Sequence record: NZ_CP118109.1
DNA length: 64,000 nucleotides
Direction: 5' to 3' (one strand)
DNA from: a plasmid
Shown here in pieces: positions 57,793-64,000 of the stretch. The notes below the pieces were generated by a model, which had not been told where the DNA came from, did not search any database, and saw nothing but the letters and a program-made list of their open reading frames with translations. The translations under genes and the position numbers were made by a program. The stretch's first letter is position 1; every line of letters starts with the position of its first letter.

Positions 57793-58091
57793 TGAATGCT
57801 TATTTAGAGAATACCGGTCCTACCTTTTCTCCGCCAATAATGAATCGCATTACATTTCAGGATGCCGACTTCTATGTAGGTGATTTTGTACGTGTGATAC
57901 ATTATCATGACATAGATTTAGAAAACAAGACTTTATCCAGGTCCTATACAACTGGAGTTATTCAAGAGATCAACGAAGATTTACTTTCTAAATACGTTGT
58001 GATTCACGATGAAAGTACTTCTAATCAACACTATATTCGAGAGTTTGACATAGTAGGTATTATGTATCCCCCATTTTGGAGTGGACCATGA
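57783..58091 (+). CDS. 102-aa MELM-family protein
   Basis: MELMNAYLEN; start overlaps the previous gene. Confidence 0.5.
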   Translation: MELMNAYLENTGPTFSPPIMNRITFQDADFYVGDFVRVIHYHDIDLENKTLSRSYTTGVIQEINEDLLSKYVVIHDESTSNQHYIREFDIVGIMYPPFWSGP

Positions 58092-58318
58092 TGGAGCTAA
58101 TGTCTGCCTATAAAGAGAATACTGATAAGTATTTTAATGGTGTAGTCGATGCCTATAACTATTGCTATGGTTATGTCTCCCTCTACCCTAGTGTGTATAC
58201 TGATGATCCTCAGTATAAGCTTGGTTATGAGTATGGTGAGAAGCTATATCATAGCGATAAAGAGTTAGGTATTCTATATAGTGATGATCGCTTATTTGAA
58301 TTACATGGAGGCCTATAA
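58091..58318 (+). CDS. 75-aa MELM-family protein
   Basis: MELMSAYKEN; TGATG-coupled. Confidence 0.5.
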   Translation: MELMSAYKENTDKYFNGVVDAYNYCYGYVSLYPSVYTDDPQYKLGYEYGEKLYHSDKELGILYSDDRLFELHGGL

Positions 58319-58557
58319 TGATCAATCAAACTAAATTCACAGTTAATGATGTTCCGCTTAAGACTAAGAAGGAGGCTGTACGTGCTTTATGTGCCACAGC
58401 CAACTTCAATTGTTTGCATATAGAAGAATTATGGTGTTACAAAGAAGTTTGTGAATTATTTAGCATTACTCCTGATGATTATTGGAATGACGAAGCAGAG
58501 CTTGATGAAGAACATCTTATGCATGCTGGTAATGATAATTGGAAGCCTCGTATTTAA
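58318..58557 (+). CDS. 79-aa hypothetical protein
   Basis: TAATG-coupled. Confidence 0.45.
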   Translation: MINQTKFTVNDVPLKTKKEAVRALCATANFNCLHIEELWCYKEVCELFSITPDDYWNDEAELDEEHLMHAGNDNWKPRI

Positions 58558-58593
58558 TTTTTTTCTTTTGCCGATCCTTCGGAACGGCGCTAC
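58556..58593 (+). promoter_or_regulatory. Conserved element TTTTTTCTTTTGCCGATCCTTCGGAACGGCGC, copy 2, 28 nt upstream of the 58620 start
   Basis: Same ~34-nt element; T-run precedes rather than follows the hairpin, so it is not a canonical terminator. Confidence 0.45.
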
Positions 58594-58619
58594 ATACTAC
58601 ATTTTAGGAGGATACATAC

Positions 58620-58853
58620 ATGCCTGAGAAAACATACATTCCATGTGTATTAAAAAACAATAGAGATGGTCGCATTATCAACCAGTCTTTTACACCACGC
58701 CAGCTGTTAACAGATTTTTATGACGAGAACGAGCTTGCTGAAGCTATGGTTGCATCTGCTTGCAATTGTCAGCCTATTGGTGAGACTTATGATACAGACT
58801 GCAACTGTTTTGAGGAATGGGAGAATTACAGTATTGTTATAGGAATTGAGTAA
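58620..58853 (+). CDS. 77-aa Cys-containing small protein
   Basis: RBS TAGGAGG. Confidence 0.45.
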   Translation: MPEKTYIPCVLKNNRDGRIINQSFTPRQLLTDFYDENELAEAMVASACNCQPIGETYDTDCNCFEEWENYSIVIGIE

Positions 58854-58862
58854 CTTATCGCT

Positions 58863-58895
58863 CTCGGGAGCCTAACGGCTCCGGGGGCTTTTTGA
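58863..58895 (+). terminator. Terminator GGAGCC-TAAC-GGCTCC followed by GGGGGCTTTTT
   Basis: Hairpin plus T5. Confidence 0.6.
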
Positions 58896-58921
58896 ATTTA
58901 TACATATGGAGGTTATTTATA

Positions 58922-59365
58922 ATGCGTATACATAACGAAAACTTTGAACATGTGATTTCTATGATGTTTTATGGCTACAAAGCATCTTCACACAATCCTG
59001 AGTGCTTCAGCTCTTCTGATCTTCGTATTGAGATGTGGGCAGAAGCATGCTGTAATGACATCATCAACAAGATGCGTGATCAAGGCTATGATCCTGCTCT
59101 TATCGTACCGGTTATCAGCAAGCCTGAAATTGATTTGAAATACTATCCAGATGCTAATCCTGCTTTAAAACAAGAGCTTGATGATGAGTTTGGCGGCTTT
59201 GTGGTTAATAACGATTTATACATGCTTGGTCTTCGCGCTTGGTATGCTGATGGTCATGAATATATCTCTCAGTTTGGCACACCATGCGATGATGAGAATG
59301 ACGGTCCATTTGGTGGCGCCTTTGCTTCTGAAGGCGATTACTACAACTATGTCGGTGCCTTGTAG
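58922..59365 (+). CDS. 147-aa hypothetical protein
   Basis: RBS TGGAGG; followed by a terminator. Confidence 0.45.
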   Translation: MRIHNENFEHVISMMFYGYKASSHNPECFSSSDLRIEMWAEACCNDIINKMRDQGYDPALIVPVISKPEIDLKYYPDANPALKQELDDEFGGFVVNNDLYMLGLRAWYADGHEYISQFGTPCDDENDGPFGGAFASEGDYYNYVGAL

Positions 59366-59392
59366 GAGCCTAACGGCTCCGAGGTCTTTATG
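59365..59392 (+). terminator. Second copy of the GGAGCC-TAAC-GGCTCC hairpin, overlapping the stop of the 58922 gene
   Basis: Identical hairpin, weaker T tract. Confidence 0.45.
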
Positions 59393-59418
59393 ATATTATT
59401 ATGTTATCCGATATATAA

Positions 59419-59432
59419 TTTAACGCATTACA
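59419..59432. promoter_or_regulatory. TTTAACGCATTACA degenerate motif copy 27 nt upstream of the 59459 start
   Basis: 13 of 14 identical to the copy at 13573; same downstream TTTTA context. Confidence 0.4.
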
Positions 59433-59458
59433 TTTTAACTAGATTGGAGACTATACAT

Positions 59459-59863
59459 ATGAATACTATGCAAGTTGTAGAACTTTTAGATTCTATTTTA
59501 CCTCTCTACCCTGCCGCTCAGAATATCTCCCGCAGTCTTTTGATGGACATACTTGAATCAGAAGGCATCTTTATTTATGAGCCTGACTATTCAGTTACTA
59601 AAGCTAAATCTTTACTGTTTGAATACTTAGATAATACATACCGTTACAACTTTGATGCTTATGGCAATCTCGTCTCCCCTGAAAAGATTATGCATTCAGC
59701 CGCAGGTTATTATATTGGCTATGACTCTTATGATTTTGAACTTGATGTCTGCCTTCACCACGATCGTATATCTGGATACTATAAGGATATAGATAAAGCT
59801 AAGATGGCTTTACGTGTAGGAGTCCATTATATGATGCCACCTAGGTTATCTTTTTCTATGTAA
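59459..59863 (+). CDS. 134-aa hypothetical protein
   Basis: RBS TTGGAGA; the TGTAAYGCRTTACA-like motif lies 27 nt upstream. Confidence 0.45.
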   Translation: MNTMQVVELLDSILPLYPAAQNISRSLLMDILESEGIFIYEPDYSVTKAKSLLFEYLDNTYRYNFDAYGNLVSPEKIMHSAAGYYIGYDSYDFELDVCLHHDRISGYYKDIDKAKMALRVGVHYMMPPRLSFSM

Positions 59864-59874
59864 TGTCTTTCATT

Positions 59875-59900
59875 GCCGCTCGTTATTGGGCGGCTTTTAT
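59875..59900 (+). terminator. Terminator GCCGCT-N8-GGCGGC followed by TTTTATTAT
   Basis: Hairpin plus T-run. Confidence 0.55.
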
Positions 59901-60026
59901 TATGTTCATTATTTATTTCATTACATTAATAATTTAATTAGTGAAATAAATCATTAAGCGTATTTATTATGCTAATATGATCAATGAACCGCATTTTCCG
60001 CTTATGAAAGGAGTTCTTTTAGCAAA

Positions 60027-60497
60027 ATGATTCTACATAGAAATGGTGAAGAATATCCCGTATCCTTCCTTCCTTTAACCAAAGCAGATGTCAAATTTAT
60101 GAATAAAACTGGATGGGAGCCTTCTTTTGACTGGAATATTTATTTTAACGCTCCTAAAGTAGAAGTGTATAAAATGGTTGTTACAGGTGATCCTAGTGGT
60201 ACAATACAAGGCGCCATTGCACTGGAAAAGAAAGAAGATCATGTTTTTATGCTTTTAATCGAAAGCTCACCCCGTAATAGGGATCCGATTAATAAACAGT
60301 TTTCTCATATTGGAGCTCATTTATTTGCATTTTGCTGTAAACGAAGCATGGAACTAGGTCACGAAGGTTTTATTGGCCTGAAAGCTAAGACTAAACTGGT
60401 CAATTATTTCTCATCTTTAGGTGCGGTTCCTATAAGTGGCCAAGATATGATTGTATCTGAGACTACCGCTCAGCATTTGGTTAATGTATACTTATAA
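60027..60497 (+). CDS. 156-aa hypothetical protein (weak GNAT-like pattern)
   Basis: RBS AAAGGAG; weak acetyltransferase-like C-terminal pattern only. Confidence 0.4.
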   Translation: MILHRNGEEYPVSFLPLTKADVKFMNKTGWEPSFDWNIYFNAPKVEVYKMVVTGDPSGTIQGAIALEKKEDHVFMLLIESSPRNRDPINKQFSHIGAHLFAFCCKRSMELGHEGFIGLKAKTKLVNYFSSLGAVPISGQDMIVSETTAQHLVNVYL

Positions 60498-60511
60498 GAG
60501 AGGTGATTAAC

Positions 60512-60694
60512 ATGGACAAAGAAATACTTGATCGACGCTTCAAAGAATTAGAAAAAGCCGCTGATCGACACACTAACGGTCATTATGTTGAACAAACATT
60601 GCCTGGAGTTGACACTTCTAATGTCAGTGCCTTTATCAGAAATAGAAAAGAAATTAATAAACGAATACAAGCAACGATTAAAGCTCGCCAATAG
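60512..60694 (+). CDS. 60-aa hypothetical protein
   Basis: RBS GAGGTGA 5 nt upstream of the ATG; terminator overlaps the stop. Confidence 0.45.
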   Translation: MDKEILDRRFKELEKAADRHTNGHYVEQTLPGVDTSNVSAFIRNRKEINKRIQATIKARQ

Positions 60695-60710
60695 GTGAGC
60701 TTTTTTATTT
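60683..60710 (+). terminator. Terminator GCTCGCC-AATA-GGTGAGC followed by TTTTTTATTT
   Basis: Hairpin plus T6. Confidence 0.6.
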
Positions 60711-60729
60711 CATACAAGGACGTGGTCGA

Positions 60730-60984
60730 ATGGATTTAATGTTTGGTTATGATCGCCGCTATGATAGTCTTCTCTCCCCTGGCAAGATCAACACGGTTAC
60801 TGTTATCAATGGAACTCAATATACTGGTGAATGTTTTATCGACCCTAACCTCCCTTATGTTGTCCGCATGAATAATGCTGAAAAGCGTACTGCTGAAGGT
60901 GAGATTACTTTCGATGTGAATTGCCAGTTTTCTTATGAATCAATCATTCGTGTGGACTCTGCGCTTATCAGCGCTGCCGTATAG
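60730..60984 (+). CDS. 84-aa hypothetical protein
   Basis: ORF. Confidence 0.4.
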   Translation: MDLMFGYDRRYDSLLSPGKINTVTVINGTQYTGECFIDPNLPYVVRMNNAEKRTAEGEITFDVNCQFSYESIIRVDSALISAAV

Positions 60985-60995
60985 TAAAGGAGCAT

Positions 60996-61427
60996 ATGAT
61001 ATTGGAAATACGAAATGGGAATCCAATTATAGGACAGCGTGTTGACGTTTATGTGAATCTGAATAAGAAAGGTGTATTCAGTATTCTTGATCGTCAGCCT
61101 AAGAGTCCTACATATAATAAAGTATTGGCTTATGCAGAGCGAGTCACCATTAGGTCGGCTCGTTCTCGTATTATTCAGAGCAAATATGATTCTATTCAAG
61201 AGAAGAAACAACGAGCTGTTTGTGCTGTCTTCTCCGGAACTCTTGTTGCTATTGATTCAGACAAGTCTGCAGATCTTAATGTTCAAGTAAGATATAATCC
61301 TTACCGTTCTCGAGAATTTCATACTCTTGATGGATCCGTAATTGATCAAGCTGAGCTTATTCATTTTGAGGATCAATGCGGTTGGATTAGCACTGCCAAT
61401 CAGAATGATTCTATGCTATTGTTTTAA
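60996..61427 (+). CDS. 143-aa hypothetical protein
   Basis: RBS AAAGGAG. Confidence 0.45.
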   Translation: MILEIRNGNPIIGQRVDVYVNLNKKGVFSILDRQPKSPTYNKVLAYAERVTIRSARSRIIQSKYDSIQEKKQRAVCAVFSGTLVAIDSDKSADLNVQVRYNPYRSREFHTLDGSVIDQAELIHFEDQCGWISTANQNDSMLLF

Positions 61428-61444
61428 AGGTAAATTATTCTATT

Positions 61445-61828
61445 TTGAGGGGACGGATTCTTTTGACAGTAAGCAATTTAGATTTAGATTATTTCCTGCA
61501 TGACTTGATTGATGAATACCTAAATCATGGTCTAACTTCCCACGATGGAGCTACTGTAATAACTGTTGATCCAATTCATAAGTATTTCGAAGAAGTTGTA
61601 AATAAGCTCATTCCATTCATAGAATATGACATCATAGATCGCCTGGATTATATTGTTTTGACCAGAAAAGATAATGGTGATGATGAGATTGTTATTTTCG
61701 AGAAGCGCAATATGTTCAGAGCATTTCCAGACTCGCCTGCCAAATTTAATTATAAATTATTAAGCGTTCCAATATATCGATATGAGATATCAACAGTAAC
61801 TGTCGATATTGGCGAGATGGATGAATAG
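61445..61828 (+). CDS. 127-aa hypothetical protein (non-ATG start, TTG)
   Basis: No in-frame ATG near the 5' end; RBS GAGGGG. Confidence 0.35.
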   Translation: MRGRILLTVSNLDLDYFLHDLIDEYLNHGLTSHDGATVITVDPIHKYFEEVVNKLIPFIEYDIIDRLDYIVLTRKDNGDDEIVIFEKRNMFRAFPDSPAKFNYKLLSVPIYRYEISTVTVDIGEMDE

Positions 61829-61838
61829 TTTTACCTTC

Positions 61839-61868
61839 GGCTGCCACTTAGGCAGTCTTTTTTTATTT
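61839..61868 (+). terminator. Terminator GCTGCC-ACTTA-GGCAGT followed by CTTTTTTTATTT
   Basis: Hairpin plus T7. Confidence 0.6.
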
Positions 61869-61891
61869 CTAATTCAAAGGAGATTTTCTAC

Positions 61892-62125
61892 ATGCAACCA
61901 CCTATTCTACACCCAGTAAACAAAGTTCTCATGATTCCAGGACGACTATACAACATCAAGGACACCAAAGAAAGAAACATTCAGGCGTCTTTTTCTAAAC
62001 GAGAAGGTGAAAACTTTCACTTTGATTATGCTATCTCTTTCGATTTAGCTTCTGGGACTACTCTTCTCATTGATCTTCTTCTTCATGAGGATGAAATTAT
62101 CTCTTGTGAGCAATATCATTTCTAG
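61892..62125 (+). CDS. 77-aa hypothetical protein
   Basis: RBS AAAGGAG. Confidence 0.45.
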   Translation: MQPPILHPVNKVLMIPGRLYNIKDTKERNIQASFSKREGENFHFDYAISFDLASGTTLLIDLLLHEDEIISCEQYHF

Positions 62126-62211
62126 GCTATCTAACGATAGCAAGGGCTTTATGAGGACTGTCTATATAGCAGTCCTTTTTCTTATTCAATCATAAACTGG
62201 AGGTTTTACCT

Positions 62212-62466
62212 ATGAAAACTAAATCACTTGCTATCGCATTCTTTATCACTCTCTGTACTACTATTGGCATTATTGCATGGCAGCCTGATCCTGCATATGT
62301 TGACTATGTTGTTGATTCTGGCGATACACTTTGGAGTATTGCTGAGCAAAGTGACATTGATACAGATAAACGTGCCATCGTCGCCTATATGATTGATAAA
62401 AGCAACTTACATAATCCAGGTGATCTTAAGCCAGGTATGATCGTTCGTATACCAATGCAAAAATAA
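62212..62466 (+). CDS. 84-aa secreted/membrane-anchored LysM-domain protein
   Basis: N-terminal hydrophobic signal/anchor, then YVVDSGDTLWSIAEQ ... LKPGMIVRIP LysM signature; RBS TGGAGG. Confidence 0.6.
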   Translation: MKTKSLAIAFFITLCTTIGIIAWQPDPAYVDYVVDSGDTLWSIAEQSDIDTDKRAIVAYMIDKSNLHNPGDLKPGMIVRIPMQK

Positions 62467-62543
62467 GGGGGGCCTCTCCCCTATTCTGTCTGCGGTAATC
62501 AAACCGTACTGATGAGCTGTACTAGCAGCGAAACAGAATATGA

Positions 62544-62762
62544 TTGGAGGTTATAATCATAGATATAAACCAGACGTATAATACAATTGCTGTTATCATA
62601 TTCGAGCTGTTTCTTTTCCTATGCTTTATCATCGCTATTCCCGCTCTCAGAAATCCTAAAATCCCGCTAAAGCGCAAGTTTGAGGTTATAGGAGCAATTA
62701 TACTTATGATGTTCTTTATTTATTCGGCTTATCTAATGGAGCTATCTGAATCCGCTCAATAG
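62544..62762 (+). CDS. 72-aa putative membrane protein (doubtful; no ATG start)
   Basis: Track ORF starts at TTG; hydrophobic. Confidence 0.25.
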   Translation: MEVIIIDINQTYNTIAVIIFELFLFLCFIIAIPALRNPKIPLKRKFEVIGAIILMMFFIYSAYLMELSESAQ

Positions 62763-62895
62763 TATTTCATATGATTTATAAGATATTTCATATGATTTAA
62801 GTCTTATATCATATGCGATAACAGTTATATCGTATGATATATTATATAATTCCTATTTCATATGATATATTAAATACTTATACGATGCGATTAGG
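62763..62895 (+). repeat. Iteron-like array: six ~16-bp copies of TAT(T/A)TC(A/G)TATG(A/C)(T/G)ATA with a CATATG/CGTATG core, ~20-bp phasing
   Basis: tatttcatatgattta x2 exact, tatatcatatgcgata, tatatcgtatgatata, tatttcatatgatata, cttatacgatgcgatt. Confidence 0.55.
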
Positions 62896-62973
62896 TAATT
62901 AAGCTTGGCTCTTTCATTTATCAGGACGTGTTTTCGTACTATTGATTAGTACTATTAATATGCTTAACACAAT

Positions 62974-62981
62974 TGTATAAT
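62974..62981 (+). promoter_or_regulatory. TGTATAAT extended -10-like element ahead of the 63017 gene
   Basis: TG directly adjoining a consensus TATAAT; no convincing -35. Confidence 0.35.
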
Positions 62982-63016
62982 TCTAGCAAACTACTAGAAG
63001 GAGGAATTATATGTAG

Positions 63017-63253
63017 ATGCCAAAAGATCCTAAGATTCAGAAGGAAATTGAAAGAATAAATAACGCCTACGATTTAATACTTGGTATGATAGGTGGCGAG
63101 CTTTATCAGCGAGGACTCGATTTTGAAATTCGCGAGTATCTTCTCGGAGTTCCTATGCTAGTTGTTTTTAATGAAGAAGGCACAGTAATAGATCGAAAGT
63201 TTGAATACGAGTTTGATGAATACTATAACGAGTTAGAATCAACCACAAATTAA
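63017..63253 (+). CDS. 78-aa hypothetical protein
   Basis: RBS AAGGAGG; preceded by an ATG-TAG start-stop minimal ORF at 63011-63016. Confidence 0.45.
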   Translation: MPKDPKIQKEIERINNAYDLILGMIGGELYQRGLDFEIREYLLGVPMLVVFNEEGTVIDRKFEYEFDEYYNELESTTN

Positions 63254-63259
63254 ACCTAA

Positions 63260-63290
63260 GCCTGTTCCTTAATGGAGCGGGCTTTTTTAT
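63260..63290 (+). terminator. Terminator GCCTGTTCC-TTAAT-GGAGCGGGC followed by TTTTTTATT
   Basis: 9-bp stem (two G-U pairs) plus T6. Confidence 0.55.
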
Positions 63291-63304
63291 TAGGAGGAAG
63301 ACTT

Positions 63305-63451
63305 ATGAAAAATGTATTTATTTTCGACGATCCGGAGTTCCAGCAGATGCACTGGGATTTCGATCCGACTGGCTATGAGCAAGACATTCATACATACAAA
63401 CCATGTGGATGCATAGATGACCATTTCTGTTTAGAATGCGTCCCTTTCTAA
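63305..63451 (+). CDS. 48-aa Cys-rich small protein (CGCIDDHFCLECVPF)
   Basis: RBS TAGGAGG; below the track cutoff. Confidence 0.4.
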   Translation: MKNVFIFDDPEFQQMHWDFDPTGYEQDIHTYKPCGCIDDHFCLECVPF

Positions 63452-63462
63452 GGAGACTAATT

Positions 63463-63735
63463 ATGTTTAATTACACTAGCTTAGATGATCACATCTATTG
63501 TTTACAGCGCACCCCTCTCCCCGCCCAGCTCAGTATTGATTTAATCAGAGCTGATACATTCTATCTTCAAGATAAGGATGACGAATGCCGTCAAATCCTA
63601 GGTGAGATCGAACAAAAGTGTGCTGAACTAAACATCAAGATTTATCGTCCGATGCCGATCAGCTTTAAAGCAGCCGACTGGTATCGACAACAAGCTTTAG
63701 AAGCATATCAAACTCAAATAGATTGGAGCGAATAA
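63463..63735 (+). CDS. 90-aa hypothetical protein
   Basis: ATG 11 nt after the previous stop. Confidence 0.45.
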   Translation: MFNYTSLDDHIYCLQRTPLPAQLSIDLIRADTFYLQDKDDECRQILGEIEQKCAELNIKIYRPMPISFKAADWYRQQALEAYQTQIDWSE

Positions 63736-63736
63736 A

Positions 63737-63988
63737 ATGTTAACTGCTGTCGCACAAGAGAAAATGACCGATGATCAAGCCAAACAATACCTTGATAATA
63801 TGTCCGCTTATATCGAGAATGCTTCATTTGATATCGAAACTGAAAGTAATTTGCTTACTCATTGGGTGTCCGAACAGATCAAAGATATTCCTGAAAGCGC
63901 ACTCAAATTAATGCTCGTTGACTTATTTGTCAAAAATCAGCATCTCAAACAAGAATGCATCAGACAATCAGCATCCCTCTTTTTCTAA
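63737..63988 (+). CDS. 83-aa hypothetical protein
   Basis: Coupled start. Confidence 0.45.
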   Translation: MLTAVAQEKMTDDQAKQYLDNMSAYIENASFDIETESNLLTHWVSEQIKDIPESALKLMLVDLFVKNQHLKQECIRQSASLFF

Positions 63989-64000
63989 GTCGGCTTGGCG

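Noticed and set aside
60027-60694. GNAT-toxin/antitoxin pair interpretation for 60027..60497 plus 60512..60694
   Set aside because: The acetyltransferase motif A (R/Q-x-x-G-x-G/A) is not clearly present and the small partner is downstream rather than upstream; kept as hypothetical proteins.
62467-62495. AGGGGGG-CCT-CTCCCCT hairpin after the LysM gene as terminator
   Set aside because: No T-run follows; may be a weak stem-loop only.
1-64000. tRNA genes and CRISPR arrays
   Set aside because: No cloverleaf-compatible segments with T-loop GTTCRA motifs, and no regularly spaced direct-repeat/spacer array, were seen by eye in the intergenic regions. A tRNAscan/CRISPR finder run would be needed for certainty.

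Overview
This 64-kb window looks like part of a large tailed phage or prophage of a low-GC Gram-positive host. The host assignment rests on AGGAGG-type ribosome-binding sites, TAATG/ATGA-coupled starts and Bacillus/Paenibacillus-like codon usage. No tRNA or CRISPR array was seen.

Layout:
- Positions 1-44,579 (minus strand) hold one contiguous late structural cluster. In transcription order it runs: a putative small-terminase-like protein, four tandem Gly/Ala-rich small proteins, the large terminase, a portal-like protein, a scaffold-like protein, capsid candidates, about 13 baseplate/fibre-like genes, the tail sheath, three paralogous tail-tube-family proteins, two chaperone-like ORFs, a 1957-aa tape-measure candidate, and a giant ORF that runs off the window edge.
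- Positions 44,797-46,166 (minus) encode an actin-like (ParM/Alp-type) ATPase plus a small coupled downstream ORF, with a perfect palindromic operator in front.
- Positions 46,855-50,260 (minus) encode small proteins, two P-loop ATPases and two Cys-rich zinc-finger repeat proteins.
- From 50,261 onward, a divergent control region is followed by a plus-strand early-type region. It contains a 1210-aa protein with a DxDGD two-barrel RNA-polymerase signature, flanked by unusual GC-rich repeat arrays. It also contains about 25 small ORFs separated by clear rho-independent terminators.

The most striking observation concerns the giant ORF after the tape measure (1-6246, more than 2082 aa, partial). 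It carries an N-terminal DEDDh 3'-5' exonuclease domain and, about 1800 aa in, a beta-prime-type double-psi barrel motif (RYPTFH ... ADSDGDYD). That barrel is clearly paralogous to the early-region polymerase (FRNPAIA ... ADNDGDE). So the phage appears to encode two single-chain two-barrel (YonO/RDR/crAss-gp66-like) RNA polymerases, one sitting in a virion-protein position. Together with a recurring palindromic promoter/operator motif TGTAAYGCRTTACA at operon starts, this suggests a self-contained, previously uncharacterised transcription system.
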